Positions 17,483-36,011 of a DNA stretch of 64,000 nucleotides are shown piece by piece; within the stretch, counting starts at the first letter, position 1; the number at the start of each line of letters is the position of its first letter. The DNA is from an uncultured Actinomycetes bacterium. Its GTDB lineage: Bacteria; Actinomycetota; Thermoleophilia; UBA2241. Under the pieces are notes generated by a model. It saw only the letters and a program-made list of their open reading frames with translations. It was not told the origin of the DNA and ran no database searches. The stretch lies in the NCBI GenBank assembly GCA_963725665.1, contig CAVRZA010000002.1, positions 64,001 through 128,000 on the forward strand. Reading direction: 5' to 3'. The position numbers were made by a program, and so were the translations under genes.

Positions 17483-18280
17483 CTAGACCATCGGCAGCCG
17501 GACCAGGGGGACGGCGCCGAACGCAGCCCAGGCCAGGACGCTGATGCCGTTGAAGGAAGCATGAACGGCGATGTTGGTCCACAGCGACCCGCTGCGATAG
17601 AAGACCCAGGCGAGGACAAGGCCCAGCGCGAAGAACGGCACGAAGACCGAAAGCTGCTGGTGCGCGAGGGCGAAGAGGCTCGCCGAGGCGAGCGCTCCGA
17701 ACACGGGCCCCCATGAGCGCGAGAAGCCCTGGAAGAGGAAGCCGCGGAAGAGCGTTTCCTCGAAGATCGGTGCGACGACGATCGCCGTGAGGGCAAAGAG
17801 TGCGATGCCGGAGCTTGTGTGCGGGAAGTCCTTGATGATGTTTTGCTCGGGCGGCGGGCCGAATAGTCTGCTGTACACCGACATCGAGATCACAAGGGCG
17901 ATGTACGAGAGCGCGAGGCCCACCGGCACGAGGAGCAGGGAACGGCGCTCGAGGCGCTGGAACCCCCAGCTCGTCGCCGAGAGCGCGAAGCGCCTCAGGG
18001 AGTGCCACCAGGCGACGCCGACGAACCAGCTGTCGACGATGACGGTCGAGACGAGCGCCGAGAGGGCGCCCGGCGACGTCGCGGTTCCGGCGCCCTGTGC
18101 CGAACCAGTGCCCAACAGTCCCAACGCCAGCACGAGAAGAAGGAGCCCGGCGACTGCGACGGCGAGGGCGAGGAGCGCCGCCGCCGCGTTCCACGGTACA
18201 TCTCCGGGTCGCGCCTCGTGGGAGAGGCCGAAGACCGGGCCGGTCGTCTCCAGGGAGATCACGTGCTCCTTTGCGTCCAC
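17483..18280 (-). CDS. CPBP (CAAX/Abi)-family intramembrane protease
   Basis: EETLFRG, FALAH, HASFN motifs; start uncertain. Confidence 0.9.
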   Translation of the reverse strand: MDAKEHVISLETTGPVFGLSHEARPGDVPWNAAAALLALAVAVAGLLLLVLALGLLGTGSAQGAGTATSPGALSALVSTVIVDSWFVGVAWWHSLRRFALSATSWGFQRLERRSLLLVPVGLALSYIALVISMSVYSRLFGPPPEQNIIKDFPHTSSGIALFALTAIVVAPIFEETLFRGFLFQGFSRSWGPVFGALASASLFALAHQQLSVFVPFFALGLVLAWVFYRSGSLWTNIAVHASFNGISVLAWAAFGAVPLVRLPMV

Positions 18281-18348
18281 AGGACCGCTTTGCTATACTG
18301 CGCCGCCCGGGAGGGTCGGCCCGCACGACTACGGCGGCGGGAGGTTCG

Positions 18349-18377
18349 TTGACCCTCCTACCGCCTCTTGCTATCCT
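18349..18377 (+). promoter_or_regulatory. sigma70 promoter of rpmG-tRNA-secE-nusG
   Basis: TTGACC-N17-TATCCT with extended TG; a second TGcTATACT at 18291-18299. Confidence 0.65.
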
Positions 18378-18406
18378 AACTTGCTTCTCTAGAGAGGGGT
18401 GCAAAC

Positions 18407-18556
18407 GTGCGCCAGCTGGTCACGCTCGCTTGCCAGGAGTGCAAGCGGCGCAACTACCACACGAACAAGAACAAGAAGAACGATCCGGACCGCATCGAGC
18501 TCAAGAAGTACTGTCCTTGGTGCGGTCATCACACCGTCCACAAGGAAACGAGATAG
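18407..18556 (+). CDS. rpmG: 50S ribosomal protein bL33 (Zn-binding form)
   Basis: Manual translation [49 protein letters not shown]. Confidence 0.97.
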   Translation: MRQLVTLACQECKRRNYHTNKNKKNDPDRIELKKYCPWCGHHTVHKETR

Positions 18557-18602
18557 GGGACACGCGGGGGAGGTAGCCCTCCTTCGGGCCCCAGACACTC
18601 GT

Positions 18603-18678
18603 AGGGCTGTAGCTCAATTGGTAGAGCACCGGTCTCCAAAACCGGGGGTCGGGGGTTCGAGTCCCTCCAGCCCTGCCA
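18603..18678 (+). tRNA. tRNA-Trp (CCA)
   Basis: 76-nt cloverleaf, anticodon CCA at 18636-18638, GTTCGA T-loop, encoded CCA end; canonical rpmG-trnW-secE context. Confidence 0.98.
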
Positions 18679-18699
18679 GTCACGTGAGGGTCGAGAGTC

Positions 18700-19017
18700 G
18701 TGGCCAAGGCCGTTAGGAACAGCAAACAGAAGTCCGCCTCCAAGCAGGCCAAGCAGAGCGCGCGCAAGGCGGCGCGCACGGCGCGGCCACCTGAGCGCGC
18801 GCGTCAGCAGGCCAAGACGCCGGCGAAGGCCGAGCGCCGTGGGCTGCGCAAGTTCTTGCACGACGTACGCATCGAGCTGTCGAAGGTCACCTGGCCGACG
18901 CGCAAGGACCTCACGCAGTCGACGATCGTCGTGATCGTGGCTGTCGCCATCGCGGGCGTCTACATCGCCGCCCTCGACGGCGTCTTCTCGAACCTCATGA
19001 AGTACATCACGCCCTAG
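18700..19017 (+). CDS. secE: Preprotein translocase SecE with basic N-terminal extension
   Basis: ELSKVTWPTRKDL followed by a single TM. Confidence 0.95.
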   Translation: MAKAVRNSKQKSASKQAKQSARKAARTARPPERARQQAKTPAKAERRGLRKFLHDVRIELSKVTWPTRKDLTQSTIVVIVAVAIAGVYIAALDGVFSNLMKYITP

Positions 19018-19043
19018 AACGGGCAGAAGGAGTCCGCGCACAC

Positions 19044-19568
19044 GTGTTCCACTGGTATGTCGTCAACACGTACTCTGGCCATGAGAACAAGGTCAAGGCC
19101 AACCTTGAGCACCGCATCCACTCGATGAGCCAGGAGGACTCGATCCTCAAGGTCGTGGTGCCGACCGAGCAAGTGGTCGAGACCAAAGAGGGCCAGAAGG
19201 TGGCGACCGAGAAGCGCGTGTTCCCGGGATACGTGCTCGTGCAGATGGAGCTCACCGACGACTCCTGGTCGCTCGTGAAGAACACCCCCGGCGTCACAGG
19301 GTTCGTCGGCGCCCAGAACAAGCCCGTCGCGCTCTCGCGCACCGAGGTCGACCGCATCATGCACACGGCGTCGGTGGAGCGACCCAAGCAGAAGGCCGAG
19401 TTCTCGGTGGGCGAGATCGTGCGCGTGACCTCGGGACCGCTGTCAGATTTCTCTGGCGAGGTCGTCGAGGTCAACGCCGACCAGAACCGTCTCAAGGTCA
19501 TGGTCTCGATCTTCGGGCGCGAGACCCCCGTGGAGCTCGGGTTCGACCAGGTAAAGAAGACCACGTAA
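19044..19568 (+). CDS. nusG: Transcription termination/antitermination factor NusG
   Basis: [31 protein letters not shown]. Confidence 0.98.
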   Translation: MFHWYVVNTYSGHENKVKANLEHRIHSMSQEDSILKVVVPTEQVVETKEGQKVATEKRVFPGYVLVQMELTDDSWSLVKNTPGVTGFVGAQNKPVALSRTEVDRIMHTASVERPKQKAEFSVGEIVRVTSGPLSDFSGEVVEVNADQNRLKVMVSIFGRETPVELGFDQVKKTT

Positions 19569-19593
19569 CCCCCAGGGAGCGAAGCGAGGCAAG

Positions 19594-20019
19594 ATGGCCA
19601 AGAAGGTCATGACGGTGATCAAGCTGCAGATACCCGCCGGAGCCGCGAACCCGGCGCCGCCGGTGGGTCCCGCGCTGGGCCAGCACGGCGTGAACATCAT
19701 GGAGTTCTGCAAGGCCTTCAACGCCCAGACGCAGGCGCAGAGCGGCACCATCATCCCGGTCGAGATCACGGTCTTCGAGGACCGTTCCTTCACCTTCATC
19801 ACCAAGACCCCTCCGGCCGCGGTGCTGCTCCGTGAGGCGGCCGGGGTCGACAAGGGTTCGGGCGAGCCGAACCGGAGCAAGGTGGCGAGCATCTCGCGCG
19901 ACAAGGTGCGCGAGATCGCCGAGCTCAAGCTGCCCGACCTGAACGCGAACGATGTCGATGCCGCGATGAGGATCATCGAGGGTACGGCGCGGAGCATGGG
20001 CATAGAGATCCAGCAGTAG
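19594..20019 (+). CDS. rplK: 50S ribosomal protein uL11
   Basis: [25 protein letters not shown]. Confidence 0.98.
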   Translation: MAKKVMTVIKLQIPAGAANPAPPVGPALGQHGVNIMEFCKAFNAQTQAQSGTIIPVEITVFEDRSFTFITKTPPAAVLLREAAGVDKGSGEPNRSKVASISRDKVREIAELKLPDLNANDVDAAMRIIEGTARSMGIEIQQ

Positions 20020-20089
20020 TCGATCGAGGGCGGGCGGGTGCCGACACCCTCTCGCCGCACCGCGGGCTCCGCGTGGGGCCGGCGACGAA

Positions 20090-20129
20090 GTGGGAGGCGG
20101 TCGCCCTGAGCGACCGCCGCTCGGACCAC
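20090..20129 (+). promoter_or_regulatory. L1-binding autoregulatory mRNA site upstream of rplA
   Basis: GTGGGAG-[GCGGTCGC...GCGACCGC hairpin]-GACCAC abutting the rplA SD. Confidence 0.7.
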
Positions 20130-20143
20130 AGGAGGTATGCGAC

Positions 20144-20857
20144 ATGGCCAAGCACGGCCGCAAGTACGAGACCGCCCGCGGTGTGATCGAGCCAGGCCGG
20201 CTCTACGCCCCCCTCGAGGCCATACGGCTTCTCAAGATGCTTGACACGGCGAAGTTCGACGAGACCGTCGAGGTGCACTTCAGGCTGGGCGTCGATGTGC
20301 GCCACGCCGACCAGATCGTGCGCGGCACGACCATCCTGCCGCACGGCATCGGCAAGGCCGTTCGGGTCGCCGTCTTCGCTGAAGGCGACAAGGCGCGCGA
20401 GGCGCAGGATGCGGGCGCCGACATCATCGGCTCTGCCGACCTGGCCAAGCAGGTCGAGGAGGGCATGCTCGACTTCGACGTGGCGATCGCCACGCCAGAC
20501 ATGATGGGCACCGTCGGCAAGCTCGGGCGCATCCTCGGTCCGCGGGGCCTGATGCCCAACCCCAAGTCCGGCACGGTCACCTTCGACGTGGGCAAGGCCG
20601 TGAGCGACGCCAAGGCGGGCAAGGTCGAGTACCGTACCGACCGCAGTGGCATCGTGCACCTCGTCATCGGCAAGAAATCGTTCGGCGAGCGCGAGCTGGT
20701 CGAGAACTACGGCATGCTGCTCGACGAGATCATCCGCGCCAAGCCGGCGGCGGCGAAGGGCCGCTATATGAGGAGCGTGACCTTCGCCTCGACTATGGGC
20801 CCGGGCATCGAGGTCGATCCCGCGCGCACGCGCGACCTGCTCGAGGAGCGCGTCTAG
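20144..20857 (+). CDS. rplA: 50S ribosomal protein uL1
   Basis: [23 protein letters not shown]; SD AGGAGG. Confidence 0.98.
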   Translation: MAKHGRKYETARGVIEPGRLYAPLEAIRLLKMLDTAKFDETVEVHFRLGVDVRHADQIVRGTTILPHGIGKAVRVAVFAEGDKAREAQDAGADIIGSADLAKQVEEGMLDFDVAIATPDMMGTVGKLGRILGPRGLMPNPKSGTVTFDVGKAVSDAKAGKVEYRTDRSGIVHLVIGKKSFGERELVENYGMLLDEIIRAKPAAAKGRYMRSVTFASTMGPGIEVDPARTRDLLEERV

Positions 20858-20871
20858 CTACGGCACTTCTG

Positions 20872-20908
20872 TGTGGGCGGGGCGTGCCGTTGGCACGCCC
20901 CGCCCACA
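20872..20908 (+). terminator. 17-bp perfect hairpin after rplA, overlapping the rplJ promoter
   Basis: TGTGGGCGGGGCGTGCC-GTT-GGCACGCCCCGCCCACA; TTGGCA-N18-TATACT at 20890-20919. Confidence 0.65.
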
Positions 20909-20950
20909 TGGTCTATACTGCACGTCCGCGACGCTGCTTGATGCGTCGCT

Positions 20951-21087
20951 GCCGGAGACGGCCGGTGCTCCCGAGAGGGGAGCCGAAGGGGTCCTCGTAG
21001 GGCCCGCCCGCCCGAGGCGACGAGCGCGACACCGGCCCGCACGCAGCCGACCGAGTCGACCCGCTCCCGCCCGGGGGTGGGTTTTTT
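20951..21087 (+). ncRNA. L10 leader with attenuator
   Basis: CCGGAGACGGCCGG...CCGCCCGAGG core upstream of rplJ, then a hairpin plus T6 at 21059-21087. Confidence 0.75.
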
Positions 21088-21107
21088 CATGCGACAGTGA
21101 GGTCGGG

Positions 21108-21638
21108 ATGCTACGCAGAGAGAAGGAAGCCATCATCGAGGAGACGGCGCGTCTCCTGAGCGACAGCGAGGCCCTCTACGTGAGCGACTACCGTGGCCTC
21201 ACGGTCGCCCAGTTGACGCAACTGCGTGCCGCGTTGCGCGAGCGCGGGGCGGCGCTGCACGTGCTCAAGAACACGCTCACCTCTATCGCCGCCGAGCGGG
21301 CGGGCCGCGAGAACATCAAGGAGCTACTCAGCGGCCCCACGGCCGTGGCCTTCTGTGGCGAGGACCTACTGGGTCCGGCCAAGGCGCTCAGCGACTACGC
21401 GCGCGCCAATCAGGCCCTCGTGCTGCGTGGCGGTGTGCTGCAGGGAAGCGTCCTCGACGCCGACGGTGTGCGCAGGCTGGCGTCGCTGCCGCCGCGCGAG
21501 GTCCTCGTGGGACAGGTGGTGGGCACCATGGCAGCGCCGCTCACGGGCCTCGTGACAGTGCTCCAAGGCACGATCTCGGGCTTCGTGCGCGCGCTGAACC
21601 AGGTCGCCGAGCAGCGGGCAGCTGCGGGCGAGGCCTAG
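21108..21638 (+). CDS. rplJ: 50S ribosomal protein uL10
   Basis: [27 protein letters not shown]. Confidence 0.97.
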   Translation: MLRREKEAIIEETARLLSDSEALYVSDYRGLTVAQLTQLRAALRERGAALHVLKNTLTSIAAERAGRENIKELLSGPTAVAFCGEDLLGPAKALSDYARANQALVLRGGVLQGSVLDADGVRRLASLPPREVLVGQVVGTMAAPLTGLVTVLQGTISGFVRALNQVAEQRAAAGEA

Positions 21639-21753
21639 TGAGAGCCGGGCGCCCGCGGCCGCCTCGACGAGGCGACACGGGCACCGAGACAGACGATCGA
21701 CCGACCAAGACAGCGGGACGAAGCGTTCAAGCCGAAGGGCAAGGTGGACAAGC

Positions 21754-22149
21754 ATGGCAAGCAAGACACTCAGCAAGGACGATCTCATCGAGGCCATCAA
21801 GGGCATGACCGTCCTCGAGCTCTCCGAGCTCGTCAAGGCGCTCGAAGAGGAGTTCGGCGTCAGCGCCGCGGCCCCTATGGCCGTGGCCGCGGCGCCTGCC
21901 GCGGGAGGCGCTCCCGAAGCGGCGGCCGAGGAAGAGAAGACGAGCTTTGACGTGATCCTCAGTGGGGCCGGCGACAAGAAGATCCAGGTGATCAAGGTCG
22001 TGCGTTCGCTGACCGGGCTCGGGCTCAAGGAGGCCAAGGCGCTCGTCGACGAGGCCCCCAAGCCCGTCAAGGAAGGCGTCAACAAGGACGAGGCCGAGGA
22101 CGCCATAAAGCAGCTCGAGGAGGCCGGCGCGGCCGTCGAGCTCAAGTAA
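21754..22149 (+). CDS. rplL: 50S ribosomal protein bL12
   Basis: [30 protein letters not shown]. Confidence 0.98.
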   Translation: MASKTLSKDDLIEAIKGMTVLELSELVKALEEEFGVSAAAPMAVAAAPAAGGAPEAAAEEEKTSFDVILSGAGDKKIQVIKVVRSLTGLGLKEAKALVDEAPKPVKEGVNKDEAEDAIKQLEEAGAAVELK

Positions 22150-22342
22150 CGCGCCGTTGGGCTAGAGGCGGCAGCGCGCCCACACAGCCTGCGTCCGGCG
22201 AGGCGCGCTCGTGGGCGCGGCGGGCGCTCCCCGGCCCCCTGGGGCTGCGGAGCGCCCGCCGCGGCTGGTTTCACCGCCTCGCCGGCGGGGTATGAGCGTC
22301 AGGCACGGGCGAGAGGCCGGTCCTCTTGGCGTCCCGGAGCTC

Positions 22343-22371
22343 TTGTGATTAGCACCCGGCTCTGCTACTGT
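22343..22371 (+). promoter_or_regulatory. Promoter of rpoBC
   Basis: TTGTGA-N17-TACTGT with extended TG. Confidence 0.55.
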
Positions 22372-22459
22372 AACGGATTGTGCCGTCGCCCGTCTTCGCC
22401 GATATTCCTACCGGTCCACGCACCCACCCCTGTCTCACGCTACCTAGAGGAGCAGTCGC

Positions 22460-26179
<3,720 letters not shown>

Positions 26180-26207
26180 CGCCGTCGCGTACGGTAAGGG
26201 GGATTCG

Positions 26208-30422
<4,215 letters not shown>

Positions 30423-30517
30423 CGCCGCAGGACGCCTCGTCGAGGCCTCACAGGGCCCGCCCAGAAACGGGCGGCCGGGTTGACTCGGGCACCCGACGGG
30501 CACGAACGACGAGGCGA

Positions 30518-30565
30518 GCGGGAGCGGCCGCAAGGCTACATGGGTCGCCTTGCGGCCGCTCCCGC
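30518..30565 (+). terminator. 19-bp hairpin after rpoC, overlapping the rpsL promoter
   Basis: GCGGGAGCGGCCGCAAGGC-N10-GCCTTGCGGCCGCTCCCGC; TTGCGG-N17-TAGACT at 30550-30578. Confidence 0.65.
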
Positions 30566-30620
30566 CCCTTGCTAGACTACCGCACTGCTGTCTCTACAGG
30601 CTGAACCTTAAAGAGGGTAG

Positions 30621-30995
30621 ATGACTACGATCAACCAGCTGGTGCGCAAGGGACGCGCGAGCGTCGCCAAGCGCAACACCACCCCGGCGCTGAAGGGCGC
30701 GCCTCAGAAGCGCGGCGTCTGCACGCGCGTCTACACGACAACGCCCAAGAAGCCCAACTCCGCCCTCCGCAAGGTGGCCCGCGTGCGGCTCACGAACGGG
30801 ACCGAGGTCACGACCTACATCCCGGGCATCGGCCACAACCTGCAGGAGCACTCCGTGGTGCTCATCCGCGGCGGTCGTGTCAGGGACCTGCCGGGCGTGC
30901 GGTACAAGGTCATCCGCGGCTCGCTCGACGCCTCCGGCGTCGGCGATCGCAAGAAGGCACGCTCGCGCTACGGCGCCAAGTCCTCGAGGAGCTGA
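30621..30995 (+). CDS. rpsL: 30S ribosomal protein uS12
   Basis: [17 protein letters not shown]. Confidence 0.99.
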   Translation: MTTINQLVRKGRASVAKRNTTPALKGAPQKRGVCTRVYTTTPKKPNSALRKVARVRLTNGTEVTTYIPGIGHNLQEHSVVLIRGGRVRDLPGVRYKVIRGSLDASGVGDRKKARSRYGAKSSRS

Positions 30996-30997
30996 CG

Positions 30998-31468
30998 ATG
31001 CCGCGGCGCGGAACGGTCACGAGGCGCGAGATCATGCCCGACCCGGTTTTCGGGAGCCGCTTGGTCACCCAGGTGATCAACAAGGTGCTCCTCGACGGCA
31101 AGAAGTCGGTCGCTGAGGGCATCGTGTACGACGCCCTGGAGCGGGTGCGGCAGAAGACGGGCCGCGATCCCGTGGAGGTGCTGCAGGAGGCCATCCAGGC
31201 CGTCACGCCGCACCTCGAGGTGCGCAGCCGTCGCGTCGGCGGCGCCACCTACCAGGTGCCGGTCGAGGTACCTGGGCGTCGCGCGCGCACGCTGGCCATC
31301 CGCTGGCTGGTGGGATACTCCCGCGACCGGCGCGAGAAGGTCATGTCCGAGCGGCTCGCGGCGGAGATACTCGATGCCCTGGCCGGCCAGGGCGGCGCTT
31401 TCAAGAAGAAGGACGACCTCTTCAGGATGGCGCAGGCGAACAAGGCGTTCGCGCACTACCGCTGGTAG
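30998..31468 (+). CDS. rpsG: 30S ribosomal protein uS7
   Basis: [24 protein letters not shown]. Confidence 0.99.
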   Translation: MPRRGTVTRREIMPDPVFGSRLVTQVINKVLLDGKKSVAEGIVYDALERVRQKTGRDPVEVLQEAIQAVTPHLEVRSRRVGGATYQVPVEVPGRRARTLAIRWLVGYSRDRREKVMSERLAAEILDALAGQGGAFKKKDDLFRMAQANKAFAHYRW

Positions 31469-31553
31469 CCGTCGCCGCGCCCTCGTCAGGTGCGTCTCCA
31501 AGGGGGATGCATATCCGAGGGCTCCGCGAGCGGCGAAGCGACCGAAGAGAAGC

Positions 31554-33629
31554 ATGAGACAGTACTCGCTCGAACAGACGCGCAATATCGGCATCATGGC
31601 GCATATCGACGCCGGCAAGACCACGACCACCGAGCGCATCCTGTACTACACGGGCAAGACGCACAAGATGGGCGAGGTCCACGAAGGCGCTGCGGTGATG
31701 GACTGGATGGCCCAAGAGCAGGAACGGGGCATCACCATCACCTCGGCGGCCACTACCTGCCACTGGCGTGACACACGCATCAACATTATAGACACGCCCG
31801 GACACGTGGACTTCACTGTCGAGGTCGAGCGCAGCCTGCGTGTGCTCGACGGCGCGATCGCCCTCTTCTGTTCGGTCGGCGGCGTCGAACCGCAGTCCGA
31901 GACTGTATGGCGCCAGGCCGACAAGTATCGCATCCCGCGCATCGCCTACATCAACAAGATGGACCGCATCGGCGCCGACTTCTTCCGTGGCATCGAGATG
32001 ATGGTCGACCGGCTGGGCGCTCGGCCGCTCCCCTTGCAGCTCCCCATCGGCCGCGAGGCGGAGTTCAAGGGGGTCGTCGATCTCGTCGAGATGAAGGCCC
32101 TTGTGTGGCTCGACGAGCTCGGCACGAGCTGGGAGGAACGGGAGACGCCGGAGGAGTTGCGCGAGATGGCCGACGAGTACCGCCAGCGCCTGGTCGAGGC
32201 CGTCGCCGATCACGATGAGGAGATCATGGTCGCGTACCTCGAAGGCGAGGAGATCGCGCCCGATCGCCTGCGCGCCGCTATCCGCGCGGCGACCCTGGAC
32301 ATCGCCGTCACGCCCGTGCTCTGCGGCTCGAGCTTCAAGAACAAGGGCGTCCAGCCTCTGCTCGACGCCGTGGTCGACTACCTCCCTTCGCCGCTCGACG
32401 TGCCGCCCGTCAGCGGCCTCGCGCCGGGCAACGGCGAAGTCGTCCGCGACACGGCCGACGATGAACCCTTCGCCGCCCTCGCCTTCAAGGTGGCCGTCGA
32501 CCCCTACGTGGGCAAGCTGACCTACTTCCGCGTCTACTCCGGCGTGTTGAAAGCCGGTTCCTACGTGCTCAACGTCAACAAGGAAAGGCGCGAGCGCGTC
32601 AGTCGCATCCTCCAGATGCACGCCAACCATCGCGAAGACCGCAGCGAGATCTACGCCGGCGAGCTGGCCGCCGCCGTCGGCCTCAAGTTCACCGCCACCG
32701 GAGACACGCTGAGCACGCCCGACAAGCCCATCGTGCTCGAGTCGATGGTGTTCCCCGAGCCGGTCATCGCGGTCGCCATCGAGCCCAAGACGAAGGCCGA
32801 CGAGGAGAAGCTCTCGGCGTCGCTGCAGAAGCTCGCCGAGGAGGACCCGACGTTCCGCGTCCACTCCGACGAGGAGACCGGCCAGACGATCATCGAGGGG
32901 ATGGGCGAGCTGCACCTCGAGATCATCGTCGACAGGCTCTTGCGCGAGTTCAAGGTCGACGCCAACGTCGGCCGTCCCCAGGTCGCCTACCGCGAGACGG
33001 TGACGCGCCCGGTGCAGAACGTCGAGGGGCGCTTCGTCCGCCAGACCGGAGGTCGGGGGCAATACGGGCACGTGGTCATCGACCTCGAGCCCAACGAGCC
33101 CGGCGAGGGCTACGTCTTCGAGAACAAGATCGTGGGGGGGACCATACCGCGCGACTACATCCCCGCGGTCGACCAGGGCGCGCAAGAGGCCATGAGCACC
33201 GGCATACTGGCCGGCTACCCCATGGTCGACGTCAGAGTGAGGCTGACGGACGGCTCCTATCACGAGGTGGACTCGAGCGAGCTCGCCTTCAAGATCGCCG
33301 GCTCGCTCGCCCTCAAGAACGCGGCCCAGAAGGCGAAGCCGGTGCTGCTCGAGCCGATGATGGCCGTCGAGGTGGTGAGCCCGCAGGAGTTCATGGGCGA
33401 CGTCATGGGTGACCTGAACTCGCGGCGCGGTCATATCGAAGGGATCGAGCCGCGTGGCAACGGCCAGGTGATCGGCGCGACTGTGCCTCTGTCGGCCATG
33501 TTCGGGTACGCGACCGACCTGCGCTCGATGACGCAGGGGCGCGCCACCTTCACCATGCAGTTCAAGCACTACGCGGAGGTCCCCGGGTCGATCGCCGACG
33601 AGATCGTGGCCAAGGTACGAGGGGTGTAG
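31554..33629 (+). CDS. fusA: Elongation factor G
   Basis: [21 protein letters not shown]; start placed at MRQYSLE. Confidence 0.99.
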   Translation: MRQYSLEQTRNIGIMAHIDAGKTTTTERILYYTGKTHKMGEVHEGAAVMDWMAQEQERGITITSAATTCHWRDTRINIIDTPGHVDFTVEVERSLRVLDGAIALFCSVGGVEPQSETVWRQADKYRIPRIAYINKMDRIGADFFRGIEMMVDRLGARPLPLQLPIGREAEFKGVVDLVEMKALVWLDELGTSWEERETPEELREMADEYRQRLVEAVADHDEEIMVAYLEGEEIAPDRLRAAIRAATLDIAVTPVLCGSSFKNKGVQPLLDAVVDYLPSPLDVPPVSGLAPGNGEVVRDTADDEPFAALAFKVAVDPYVGKLTYFRVYSGVLKAGSYVLNVNKERRERVSRILQMHANHREDRSEIYAGELAAAVGLKFTATGDTLSTPDKPIVLESMVFPEPVIAVAIEPKTKADEEKLSASLQKLAEEDPTFRVHSDEETGQTIIEGMGELHLEIIVDRLLREFKVDANVGRPQVAYRETVTRPVQNVEGRFVRQTGGRGQYGHVVIDLEPNEPGEGYVFENKIVGGTIPRDYIPAVDQGAQEAMSTGILAGYPMVDVRVRLTDGSYHEVDSSELAFKIAGSLALKNAAQKAKPVLLEPMMAVEVVSPQEFMGDVMGDLNSRRGHIEGIEPRGNGQVIGATVPLSAMFGYATDLRSMTQGRATFTMQFKHYAEVPGSIADEIVAKVRGV

Positions 33630-33661
33630 GGATGAACGTCTGTCGCGGCGGGGATAAGAGA

Positions 33662-33691
33662 TTGCCCTTGTCTGGCAGCGTCGTGTATACT
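33662..33691 (+). promoter_or_regulatory. Internal promoter upstream of tuf
   Basis: TTGCCC-N18-TATACT. Confidence 0.55.
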
Positions 33692-33786
33692 GCTCACCTT
33701 TGGTGTGAGCGGCAGTCCTTCCCCCGTTGCGACACAAGGCTTTAGTGTCCACAGCAGACGGGTGTCAACAAAGGAGTAAATGAGAC

Positions 33787-34995
33787 ATGGCCAAGCAGAA
33801 GTTTGACCGCAGCAAGCCCCACATGAACGTGGGCACGATCGGCCATATCGACCACGGCAAGACGACGCTCACCGCTGCGATCACGCTGGTGCTTCACAAC
33901 CGCGGCGTCGGCAATACGGAGTACACGGCCTTCGACCAGATCGACAAGGCGCCTGAAGAGCGCGAGCGCGGTATCACAATCGCCACCGCGCACGTCGAGT
34001 ACGAGACCGACAAGCGGCACTACGCGCACGTCGACTGCCCGGGCCACGCCGACTACATCAAGAACATGATCACCGGCGCGGCTCAGATGGACGCGGCCAT
34101 CCTCGTCGTGGGCTCTGACGACGGCCCCATGCCGCAGACGCGCGAGCATATCCTTCTCGCGCACCAGGTGAACGTGCCGTACATCATCGTCTACATGAAC
34201 AAGGTCGACCTCGTCGACGACCCCGAGCTGCTCGAGCTGGTCGAGATCGAGGTACGCGAGCTCCTTAGCAAGAACGACTTCCCGGGAGACGAGATCCCGG
34301 TCATCAGGGGTTCGGCGCTGAAGGCGCTCGAGTGCGGCTGCGGCAAGCCCGAGTGTGAGTGGTGCTCGTCGATCCTCGAGCTGACCGAGGCCCTCGACAC
34401 CTACCTGCCCGAGCCGCAGCGCGACGTCGACAAGCCGTTCCTCATGCCGGTCGAGGACGTCTTCACCATCACCGGCCGCGGAACCGTCGCCACCGGCCGT
34501 GTGGAGCGCGGCAAGATCAAGGTGGGCGAGGAGGTCGAGATCGTCGGCATGCGCGACAAGGCGCAGAAGACCGTCGTGACCGGCGTCGAGATGTTCCGCA
34601 AGCTGCTCGACGAGGGCGTCGCCGGCGACAACATCGGCATCCTCCTGCGCGGCACCAAGCGCGAAGAGGTCGAGCGCGGCATGGTCGCCTCGAAGCCGGG
34701 CAGCATCACGCCGCACACCAACTTCATGGCGCAGGTCTACGTGCTGTCGAAGGACGAGGGCGGGCGTCACACGCCGTTCTTCAACGGGTATCGCCCGCAG
34801 TTCTACTTCCGCACCACGGACGTGACGGGCGTCATCACGTTGGCCGAGGGCGTCGAGATGGTCATGCCGGGTGACAACACTGTGATGGAAGTCCAGCTGA
34901 TCACGCCGATCGCCATGGAAGAGGGCCTGCGCTTCGCTATCCGCGAGGGCGGCCGCACCGTGGGCGCCGGCGCCGTGACGGAGATCAAGAAGTAG
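33787..34995 (+). CDS. tuf: Elongation factor Tu
   Basis: [34 protein letters not shown]. Confidence 0.99.
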   Translation: MAKQKFDRSKPHMNVGTIGHIDHGKTTLTAAITLVLHNRGVGNTEYTAFDQIDKAPEERERGITIATAHVEYETDKRHYAHVDCPGHADYIKNMITGAAQMDAAILVVGSDDGPMPQTREHILLAHQVNVPYIIVYMNKVDLVDDPELLELVEIEVRELLSKNDFPGDEIPVIRGSALKALECGCGKPECEWCSSILELTEALDTYLPEPQRDVDKPFLMPVEDVFTITGRGTVATGRVERGKIKVGEEVEIVGMRDKAQKTVVTGVEMFRKLLDEGVAGDNIGILLRGTKREEVERGMVASKPGSITPHTNFMAQVYVLSKDEGGRHTPFFNGYRPQFYFRTTDVTGVITLAEGVEMVMPGDNTVMEVQLITPIAMEEGLRFAIREGGRTVGAGAVTEIKK

Positions 34996-35024
34996 CGTAG
35001 CAAGCGTCCAGCACAGTCATCGAG

Positions 35025-35053
35025 GGCCGGGCGTGCCATAGACACGCCCGGCC
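35025..35053 (+). terminator. 11-bp hairpin between tuf and rpsJ
   Basis: GGCCGGGCGTG-N7-CACGCCCGGCC. Confidence 0.5.
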
Positions 35054-35079
35054 GCGTGAACAGACTTGAAGAGGCGAGA

Positions 35080-35388
35080 GTGGCCCAGCAGAAGATCCGC
35101 ATCAGACTGAAGAGTTACGACCATGAGCAGCTCGAGCGGAGTGCGCAATCGATCGTCGAGACGGCCCAGCGGACCGGTGCGACCATCTCGGGGCCGGTGC
35201 CGCTGCCGACCGAGAAGAACGTCTACTGCGTGATCAAGAGCCCCTTCAAGGACAAGGACTCGCGCGAGCACTTCGAGATCCGCACGCACAAGCGTCTGAT
35301 CGACATCCACCAACCGACCCCCAAGACGGTCGACTCGCTCATGCGCCTCGATTTGCCTGCCGGCGTACACATCGAGATCAAGCTGTAA
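35080..35388 (+). CDS. rpsJ: 30S ribosomal protein uS10
   Basis: [32 protein letters not shown]. Confidence 0.98.
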   Translation: MAQQKIRIRLKSYDHEQLERSAQSIVETAQRTGATISGPVPLPTEKNVYCVIKSPFKDKDSREHFEIRTHKRLIDIHQPTPKTVDSLMRLDLPAGVHIEIKL

Positions 35389-35394
35389 GCGGAG

Positions 35395-36009
35395 ATGGCG
35401 GGCATCATCGGCAAGAAGGTCGGCATGACCCAGCTGTTCGACGACGACGGTAACGTCGTCGCCGTGACGGTCGTCGAGGCCGGGCCTTGTCCGGTGACGC
35501 ACGTGCGCACCCCCGAAAGAGACGGTTACGCGGCCGTGCAACTCGCGTTCGAAGACTGCAAGGACAAGCACCTCACGAAGGCCGAGCTGGGTCACCTCAA
35601 GAAGGCCGGTCTCAAGCACGGGATGCGTCATCTGGTGGAGTTTCGCGACATGGGCGACTTGAGCGTTGGTGACACCGTCACCGTCGCGGCGTTCGAGGAC
35701 GGCCAGAAGATCAGCGTCGTTGGCGTGTCGAAGGGCAAGGGTTTCCAGGGGACGATCAAGCGGCACAACTTCGGCCGCGGCCCAGAGACCCACGGCTCGC
35801 ACAACGTCCGCCAGCCAGGCTCGATCGGCGCCAGCGCCTATCCGAGCCGCGTCTTCAAGGGCATGCGGATGTCCGGTCACATGGGCTCGCGTCGCGTCAC
35901 GCAGCCCGGGTTGCACATCGTGCGCCGTGACGTCGAGAACAACCTCTTGCTCATCAAGGGCTCGGTCCCCGGTCCGAGGAACTCCGTCGTCATCGTCAAG
36001 GGCAGGTAG
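35395..36009 (+). CDS. rplC: 50S ribosomal protein uL3
   Basis: GKKVGMTQLF, SKGKGFQGTIKRH. Confidence 0.98.
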   Translation: MAGIIGKKVGMTQLFDDDGNVVAVTVVEAGPCPVTHVRTPERDGYAAVQLAFEDCKDKHLTKAELGHLKKAGLKHGMRHLVEFRDMGDLSVGDTVTVAAFEDGQKISVVGVSKGKGFQGTIKRHNFGRGPETHGSHNVRQPGSIGASAYPSRVFKGMRMSGHMGSRRVTQPGLHIVRRDVENNLLLIKGSVPGPRNSVVIVKGR

Positions 36010-36011
36010 TC

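Noticed and set aside
17483-18280. CPBP protease as the processing enzyme for the RLH peptide
   Set aside because: It lies ~16 kb away with unrelated genes between; nothing in the sequence links them
31422-33752. 776-aa minus-strand ORF and similar long antisense ORFs (23876-25084, 29217-30533, 38900-40870, 44774-46399)
   Set aside because: Shadow frames of highly biased GC-rich genes; no motifs, and each lies opposite a conserved gene
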